From positions 12,458-76,457 of the forward strand of contig CBDAFS010000061.1 of NCBI GenBank assembly GCA_965195285.1: a stretch of 64,000 bases of DNA. The letters run 5' to 3'. Positions 57,863 through 64,000 of this stretch are shown piece after piece (the first letter of the stretch is position 1; each line of letters starts with the position of its first letter). The DNA is from an uncultured Aminicenantes bacterium (GTDB taxonomy: Bacteria; Acidobacteriota; Aminicenantia; UBA2199). A model generated the notes under the pieces. It did no database searches, was not told the DNA's origin, and worked only from the letters and a program-made list of their open reading frames with translations. The translations under genes were made by a program, and so were the position numbers.

Positions 57863-58891
57863 TCAGTTTAATGGAGTGATGTGTAGTTTCCAGACTTCAT
57901 CATCCATATCCTCGATCAGGGTATACACGTTACCGCGGTATACTGAATAGAGTACCGGATAATAAGAAAAGGGAATATAAGTGTCAAGGGGAATAAAAAC
58001 CCGTTTTTTTTCATGACCTTTCAGGTCAATTAATATGAATTCCCAGAGGTTGTTTTTCTGCCTGTAGGTGATCACATGGATAGTATCCTCGAACACCTGT
58101 ATATCCCGGATGGGTGGAAAATAATCTCTGAAATGGAGGGCTTTTTTTAACATGGATTCATACATAGACTTGAACCGGGGATCATGCTTGAACCATTCAT
58201 GGGTTTCCCGCTGATATTGCTCGGAGATGGGAATTTTTTCACAATCTTTCTTGATACTGTATTCTTTGATTCCATCTGTATTGTAAACATCAATTGAAAA
58301 TGTCGTTGAACTGGACACCACATAGATTTTGTCATTATAAACCGGATTGTAGGTAAAACATGGCAGGGGCAGCAGGATCTTTCGGGGATTATTGACATTA
58401 AAATCAGTACGATGGAGTATTTTTTCCTGCTTGAAATCACTTCCGAAGAGGCGAAAACTGATCAGGTACCGATTATCCTGATCAGGGGCAGGCCCCATCC
58501 CCACATATTTATCCCCAACCAGGTTGAGAATGACATCCAGGGGGTTCTTGACCTCTTTGATAAAATCACCCCCCGGGCTGAAATAACTCAGTTTATTCAA
58601 GCTGTTCACTACCATGTCTCCCCGATGAAAACTCAGGGTCATGGGAGCGCCCATGACATTGGTTTTGAACTCCCGGGGACCCTCCCCGGCCCTGCCGAAT
58701 TTCTTCAGCAATTTGAATTCATCCAGTGAATAAATATATACAGATGTTTTTTCAAGAAAATAAATTCGATCATGTTTTACAACAAGTATGTCCGGCCTTG
58801 ACAATTCAGGTATTACCACAGAATGATTTCCGATAACATTTACGACCTGGAAAAAAATTAGCCCGAACAAAATAACTTTAGTCACGGTCAT
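57863..58891 (-). CDS. Exported 6-bladed beta-propeller protein
   Basis: FGRAGEGPREF motif. Confidence 0.7.
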   Translation of the reverse strand: MTVTKVILFGLIFFQVVNVIGNHSVVIPELSRPDILVVKHDRIYFLEKTSVYIYSLDEFKLLKKFGRAGEGPREFKTNVMGAPMTLSFHRGDMVVNSLNKLSYFSPGGDFIKEVKNPLDVILNLVGDKYVGMGPAPDQDNRYLISFRLFGSDFKQEKILHRTDFNVNNPRKILLPLPCFTYNPVYNDKIYVVSSSTTFSIDVYNTDGIKEYSIKKDCEKIPISEQYQRETHEWFKHDPRFKSMYESMLKKALHFRDYFPPIRDIQVFEDTIHVITYRQKNNLWEFILIDLKGHEKKRVFIPLDTYIPFSYYPVLYSVYRGNVYTLIEDMDDEVWKLHITPLN

Positions 58892-59058
58892 GATTCACTC
58901 CTTGTCTTGTGGGATTCTTTTCTATTCAACGATATAGATGACGAAAAGTTCCCAGGAGGAAAATATATTCTGGAGAGTGGACTGACTTTCCGGGGGGAAT
59001 CAGTCAATGAATTTGGTATTGGAGGAGTCTGCCTTTCTAAGAATCATTTGACTCCAGG

Positions 59059-60708
59059 TTAGTCTTTTTTGATAAAAATATCCTTACTGGTTTTGATGAA
59101 AACCTGGACTTTTCCCGTTTCCGGTTTAACCGGAGTAATTTTAAAAAGAACCGGAAAATCTGAATTTACCTTGCCATAGGTGGAATAAGCGGTTATTTGA
59201 AATTGAAGCTGTGCAGGAAGAGATAATTTAACGATTTTATGGGTGGTTGTGAGTTCGATATTACTACCTGAAGGCAGGAGATTGATATCCGTAACGTCTA
59301 TGGGACTGGAATTTCCATTTATCTTTATGGAAGATGAGGTATGCTTGACCACGACATACTTGTATGAATTTCGAATCCGCACGTCTCCTTTTACTGTATC
59401 TACCATGACCGCACAGGAATCTCCGTCTATTTCCAGACCTCCTCCGACCCGATTGATTACAATTGGCTTATACTTGGAATAAATCTTAACCCCGCCCTTG
59501 ATATCGGTTAGGGTGATACTTCCCGACGTGGTCCGAATATTAACCGACCCTTTGCAACGGTCCAGTTTTATGGGCTTATATGAGGACACTACCTTAATAC
59601 TTCCATTGATGTCTGAACCGGACACCGGACAGGACTGGCCGTTAATATCAAGTTTTCCCTTCACCCCATTGACAACAATACTTTTATAGGAGGATCGGAT
59701 ATAGGTATCTCGGCCGACATTTTTAATGGTAACCGGACAGGACTGTCCGTATATTTTTAGACCACCGGTCACATTGTATACTTCTATCGGTTTGTAACTG
59801 GATTCAATATCCCCGTTTCCCCCGATTCCCATCACCTTGACCGTACAGCTCTGCCCATCGACAATCAGATTACCGGAAATTTTCTCCAGGGTAATGCCCT
59901 TATATGACGCCTTAATCTGACAATTACCATTTACATTTTTTCCGGTTATCGTTGAGCTCTGGGATTTTATCTCCAGATTTCCACCGATCCCATCAAACGT
60001 TATCGGTTTGTAACTGGTATGAATGACAGCACCCTCGGAAATGTCCGTGAGCTTAACCGGACAGCTGCTGCCCGTCACCCTGACCCGACCTTTGAAATGC
60101 CGGACTGCGATCAAAGCATAATTGTTCTCTATATCCAGATTACCCTTACAATTTTCGATAATAACCTCTCCCGATGTATTATTAACCTGAATATTTCCGG
60201 ATATTCCTCTGACAGATATATCCCCGTAACGATTATTAATCACTAGTGATTGGGTGGCCGGGACCTTGAGCCGGAGGCGGGCATAGGTAGAAATGCTGAA
60301 ATGTCTGGTTCGTATGTACTTGGCATTTCCTTCGATCCGTATCCGCTTCTTGCCTCTTCGCAGATCGACATTCACATCAGGAAAGTCCAGCTTCAAACGA
60401 TACCCGCTTCCATAGGGCTCCAGTAACACGCGGGTGTTCTCCAGATGGGATTTCAGATACTCGGGATCCGAATTTCTGATATCCAGCAAACCCTCAACGG
60501 ATATTTGATTGGTTCTGGCCCCCTCAATAGTGAGATCGGCAAATTCTACATCAATGGTAAGGGTTTTTCCCGAAGAAGCTTCAATGGATTTACTAATCTT
60601 CCTGCTTTCCTTGTGTTCACCAGTCGAGGCAAAAACCTGGCTTCCCCCGGCCAGTCCGATCAATAAAATCAGTATAATCAAAAAATGAATCATCATCTTT
60701 TTAAGCAT
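59059..60708 (-). CDS. DUF4097-type beta-solenoid exported protein
   Basis: Signal peptide; ~36-aa repeats with SSYKPI / GQSCPV. Confidence 0.75.
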   Translation of the reverse strand: MLKKMMIHFLIILILLIGLAGGSQVFASTGEHKESRKISKSIEASSGKTLTIDVEFADLTIEGARTNQISVEGLLDIRNSDPEYLKSHLENTRVLLEPYGSGYRLKLDFPDVNVDLRRGKKRIRIEGNAKYIRTRHFSISTYARLRLKVPATQSLVINNRYGDISVRGISGNIQVNNTSGEVIIENCKGNLDIENNYALIAVRHFKGRVRVTGSSCPVKLTDISEGAVIHTSYKPITFDGIGGNLEIKSQSSTITGKNVNGNCQIKASYKGITLEKISGNLIVDGQSCTVKVMGIGGNGDIESSYKPIEVYNVTGGLKIYGQSCPVTIKNVGRDTYIRSSYKSIVVNGVKGKLDINGQSCPVSGSDINGSIKVVSSYKPIKLDRCKGSVNIRTTSGSITLTDIKGGVKIYSKYKPIVINRVGGGLEIDGDSCAVMVDTVKGDVRIRNSYKYVVVKHTSSSIKINGNSSPIDVTDINLLPSGSNIELTTTHKIVKLSLPAQLQFQITAYSTYGKVNSDFPVLFKITPVKPETGKVQVFIKTSKDIFIKKD

Positions 60709-60761
60709 GTTGACCTCCTGTGTTTAATATTTATTTTATCCTTCATGAAGGGTGCTTCCAG

Positions 60762-61400
60762 TCAGGTAGATTCAGGCTCAAAAGCCACAATCTCCCTGAG
60801 CGTATCATTCTTGTCCTGCAGTGCGGCTAGTAAATAGCGGCGAACCTGATGATTGGCCGGATTCTTTTTCAAGGCATTCTGACATTGCCGGATTTGCTCA
60901 TCAATGGTATCCAGACGATCCCGGTAAAGGAAGGACAATTCGATATCCATGATATCCAGCCGGGTTCCGGACTGCTTTTCAAGCTCATCAATGGCAGCTA
61001 TATAGGAGCGCTCGGTCTTCTCAACTTTGTTCAAGGCCTGCTGAGATAACAATCCCGAGGGTTGCTTCCCGATCAAATTCCAGAAAAAGAGGGTCAGCAG
61101 ACCGATACCCACCAGAAAGACAGCCGCTTTCAGAAAGAATCCCAATTGAATCGGAATTTTCAACTTCATCCGACTTTTCTCATTGGAACGGTTGGCTTTT
61201 AGTTCAGCCTTTAGCCGGGATTCCAATTTGTCCCATAATGTGACCGTGTTGACCGGTACTCTCAGCTTTCGGGCCACAGACAGCAGCTGTTTATCCTGAA
61301 AATGCATCTCCCGGCAGGCCGGGCAGGCTTTTTCATGAAGGTCATATTCCCTATCTCCAATCCGGCCCAATTGGAATTTCTTATACACCTCACATTTCAT
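60762..61400 (-). CDS. Putative zinc-binding anti-sigma factor
   Basis: HEKACPAC (HxxxCxxC), one TM, downstream of and overlapping the ECF sigma. Confidence 0.75.
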   Translation of the reverse strand: MKCEVYKKFQLGRIGDREYDLHEKACPACREMHFQDKQLLSVARKLRVPVNTVTLWDKLESRLKAELKANRSNEKSRMKLKIPIQLGFFLKAAVFLVGIGLLTLFFWNLIGKQPSGLLSQQALNKVEKTERSYIAAIDELEKQSGTRLDIMDIELSFLYRDRLDTIDEQIRQCQNALKKNPANHQVRRYLLAALQDKNDTLREIVAFEPEST

Positions 61401-61918
61401 GCCTGCCCCTCCTTTAACTGTTCTGACAGCATTCTGCGTAAATGCTGTTTAGCCCGGAAAATAGTAGCTTTAACCGTTCCCACCCTCAAATTGAGTAGCC
61501 GGGCAATTTCATCCTGTTTGAATTCCTCGATGGCAAACAGGACAAAACAGGTTTTCATGCGCTGGGGAAGTTTCTGAATGGCAGCCTCCAGCTCCATGGC
61601 CTGGCCAGGTACCGGATTCAGAGCCAGGATTTCCGTTTCCAGGCTATCCGTCTGGATTCGGTTTTTTTTCAAGGAGTCATAGCAATTGTTAATCAGAATT
61701 CGGTACAAATAGGTACTGAACTTGGATTTAAACTGAAAACGCTTTATATTTCGAAATACGTTCAGAAAGGTGGTCTGCACCACATCCTCGGCATCCTGCG
61801 TGTTTCTGAGAATTCGGGTTGCTGTTCTCATCATCGATTGTGAGTAAAATTCAAAAATCATTTTAAAGGCTCCCATATCATTTTGCTGACACTTCTTTAT
61901 AATAGCTTCTTCGTTCAT
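61397..61918 (-). CDS. ECF RNA polymerase sigma factor
   Basis: DAEDVVQTTF, FSTYLYRI..N, EIARLL...VGTVK..IFRAK. Confidence 0.92.
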   Translation of the reverse strand: MNEEAIIKKCQQNDMGAFKMIFEFYSQSMMRTATRILRNTQDAEDVVQTTFLNVFRNIKRFQFKSKFSTYLYRILINNCYDSLKKNRIQTDSLETEILALNPVPGQAMELEAAIQKLPQRMKTCFVLFAIEEFKQDEIARLLNLRVGTVKATIFRAKQHLRRMLSEQLKEGQA

Positions 61919-62021
61919 GACTCCTGAATATCGTTTTCCTATATTAATTTGACTTTGATTATCCATGAAAGGTTTATTGGTTATCTAAAATAAAAACTTC
62001 TCCCCGGGAAAAAATCCTCGG

Positions 62022-62798
62022 TTATAGTAATTCTTTGGAAATTTTTTGTATATATTCACCGATAAACTTGCTGAGATAGCGATTGTATTTTTCATTTTTT
62101 TCTCTTGAAAGTTCTTGGTTGTGATAAATCATGGACAAGGCATCATTCAGCATCAACAGGGCGCCTTCCTTATCACCGGTGAGGTACTTCAAAATACCGG
62201 CATCCATAACCAGTTCCTTTTGGATTCCCTGATTTTCCGGCCGCAGCAGGGCTGATTCCACCAGACCCAGGGTTGAGGCTCTGATGTTTCTGGCCTCCTC
62301 GGCCTTATCGGCCCTGGCCACATAATAAGCCTTGATCGGATAGAACCAGATCCAGAAAGGCGCACAATCACAGCTGACCCCGGCTGCATAGCAGCATTCG
62401 GCCAGTTCCAACCTTTCGGAAATCGGAATCCTGGCATAATTCTCAACCTTTCTGGGAAATCGAAAATCAGCCAGAACAGTCCTCAGTTTTTTCTGAATCT
62501 TCCGCTCTAATTTGGTAGAAAAATCTTCCATAAAAACAGAATACCCGCAGTGAATACAGGTATACAGGGCCAGTTCTTCATCATGGGGAAACTCCACCAA
62601 TTCGAAGCGGGAATCCCGGTAGTGGACATATCCGCCATAGGATCCCAGCACATAATACTGACTGTCCAGGTGGCAGAGCGGACAGGTCATTTTTTTCAGG
62701 TTCCAGGTTACCGGGCTTAAAAAAACCGGAACCAGAACAAAAAAAAGAATCCAACCGCTGACCATCCTTGAATGTCCGGAGTATTTAATCATGCCCAT
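62022..62798 (-). CDS. DUF2225-like protein (two CxxC pairs plus helical domain); start uncertain
   Basis: TCPLC...TCIHCGY; TPR-like C-terminus. Confidence 0.5.
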   Translation of the reverse strand: MGMIKYSGHSRMVSGWILFFVLVPVFLSPVTWNLKKMTCPLCHLDSQYYVLGSYGGYVHYRDSRFELVEFPHDEELALYTCIHCGYSVFMEDFSTKLERKIQKKLRTVLADFRFPRKVENYARIPISERLELAECCYAAGVSCDCAPFWIWFYPIKAYYVARADKAEEARNIRASTLGLVESALLRPENQGIQKELVMDAGILKYLTGDKEGALLMLNDALSMIYHNQELSREKNEKYNRYLSKFIGEYIQKISKELL

Positions 62799-62829
62799 CT
62801 GAGAATTATAAAAGATACAAAAGGTATTT

Positions 62830-64000
62830 TCAATTGAATTCCAGCTTTTTGATATAGGCCGGGATGCCGCCGAAATCACCGTTGGAAATCAGGACAATCA
62901 CCTGATCACGTGTACAATCAATATCCTTTAAAAAATCCTTTATTTCATCATAATCATTGAAAATCCGTACGGTCTTTCCTGATTTTTCCAGATCCCATTT
63001 CAGCTTCTCCACATTCAGTGTCTCTTCGGCAGGCATCTTTTCCCTCTGGTAAACATCCTTGATGCCAATCTCATCGGCATTGGCCAAGCTGCTGGATAAC
63101 CGGTCCTGAAATATATTTCGCCTCAGGCTCCAGCTCCGGGGCTCAAACAGGGCTACAATCTTTTTTTGGGGGTAACTTTCTCTCAAACTTTTCAGCAGGT
63201 TTTCGATGGAAGTTGGGTGGTGGGCAAAGTCTTCCAGAAACAGGGTTTGACCTGTTTCCCTGATCACTCTCATTCGCCGTTCCACCCCCCTGAATGATTG
63301 GACCGCCTCACAGATCACTTTTTCCGGAATATCCAGATGCATTCCCAGCAGGATGGCAGCGCAACAATTCCAGATATTATGCCGGCCCATGATCGAACTC
63401 TTGAATTTTAACTCGCGAGGCCCGCGCTTCAGGGCAAAATGGTATTGCCCCTTCTCTATTTTCACAGATCTGATAAGATAATCGCCATTATGGCCACCAT
63501 AGGTAACCACCGGGGTAAAGGATTTTTTTATAGCCTGCAGATTCATGGGGAAATCCGCATTGCAGATGATAATCCCCTCGGATGGTACCTGGTTGACCAG
63601 ATTCTGAAAACTCTTCAGATACAGCTCGGGACTGGGGAAAAAATCTATATGATCATATTCCAGAGATGTTAAAATCAGGCTGTCAGGGTAATATTTCAGG
63701 AATTTGGAGGAGCGGTCAAAAAAACTGGTCTCATACTCATCCCCCTCGGTCACAAAATAATTCCCGGAACCCAGCTCATAATTCCGGGAGAAATCAACCG
63801 GTTTCCCACCGATGAAAAAACCCGGGTGTAACCCGGCACAACCCAGCAAATGGGCAACCAGGGAGGCAATGGTTGTCTTGCCATGGGTGCCGGCTACCAC
63901 GATCGAATGGTTGCCGCGTATGAAATGGTCATGCAACGCCGCAGCCATGGAATCGAATTTGATCCCCCGGTTCAAGATAAACTCAGCCTCAGGATTTCCC
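62830..64000 (-). CDS. mpl: Murein peptide ligase Mpl/MurC family, 5' end beyond the window
   Basis: VAGTHGKTT, EGDEYET.FFD, LEYDH.D, EDFAHHPT, FEPRS, SNGDFGG. Confidence 0.88.
   Translation of the reverse strand, partial: GNPEAEFILNRGIKFDSMAAALHDHFIRGNHSIVVAGTHGKTTIASLVAHLLGCAGLHPGFFIGGKPVDFSRNYELGSGNYFVTEGDEYETSFFDRSSKFLKYYPDSLILTSLEYDHIDFFPSPELYLKSFQNLVNQVPSEGIIICNADFPMNLQAIKKSFTPVVTYGGHNGDYLIRSVKIEKGQYHFALKRGPRELKFKSSIMGRHNIWNCCAAILLGMHLDIPEKVICEAVQSFRGVERRMRVIRETGQTLFLEDFAHHPTSIENLLKSLRESYPQKKIVALFEPRSWSLRRNIFQDRLSSSLANADEIGIKDVYQREKMPAEETLNVEKLKWDLEKSGKTVRIFNDYDEIKDFLKDIDCTRDQVIVLISNGDFGGIPAYIKKLEFN

Noticed and set aside
53847-59055. AGAGTCAACTCT (53847-53858) and GGAGTCAAA (59047-59055) after the GWxTD and DUF4097 stops as further GGGG-tag sites
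   Set aside because: Too short and degenerate to distinguish from chance without a PWM scan.

Overview
Bacterial chromosomal window from a diderm (Tol-Pal, Lgt/LspA, GWxTD and many lipoproteins). The gene repertoire suggests an Acidobacteriota/Aminicenantes-like organism, but that is inference only. About 10-64 kb is mostly housekeeping and envelope genes: S46 and S41 peptidases, an SHMT-like enzyme, rplS-rnhB, proS, murB, mce, citrate lyase citDE-fusion/citF, era, ileS-lspA-lgt-rluD, two PPIases, an MglA-like GTPase, ssb, cpoB-pal-tolB-tolA-tolR-tolQ, an ECF sigma/anti-sigma/DUF4097 cluster and a partial mpl. Two things stand out. (1) The first ~8.7 kb is an array of unrelated accessory genes, mostly lipoproteins and small transporters. 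They are separated by a directly repeated ~19-bp site (minus-strand consensus GGGGNCAGGCCTTGACAAA) plus modular short-period repeats and GTAG-REP doublets, and the site often lies only a few bp past a stop codon. (2) At 34.7-35.6 kb an AT-rich HUH (Y1/RAYT-like) transposase gene is bracketed by perfect 24-bp inverted repeats starting (T)GGGGTCAG. Close copies of this repeat occur inside the array, and the right repeat contains an outward TGnTATAAT extended -10 aimed at a sulfotransferase gene. My main hypothesis is an integron-like gene-cassette system run by an HUH nuclease rather than a tyrosine integrase. The repeats are seen directly; the mechanism is inference. No rRNA, tRNA or CRISPR array was recognised.
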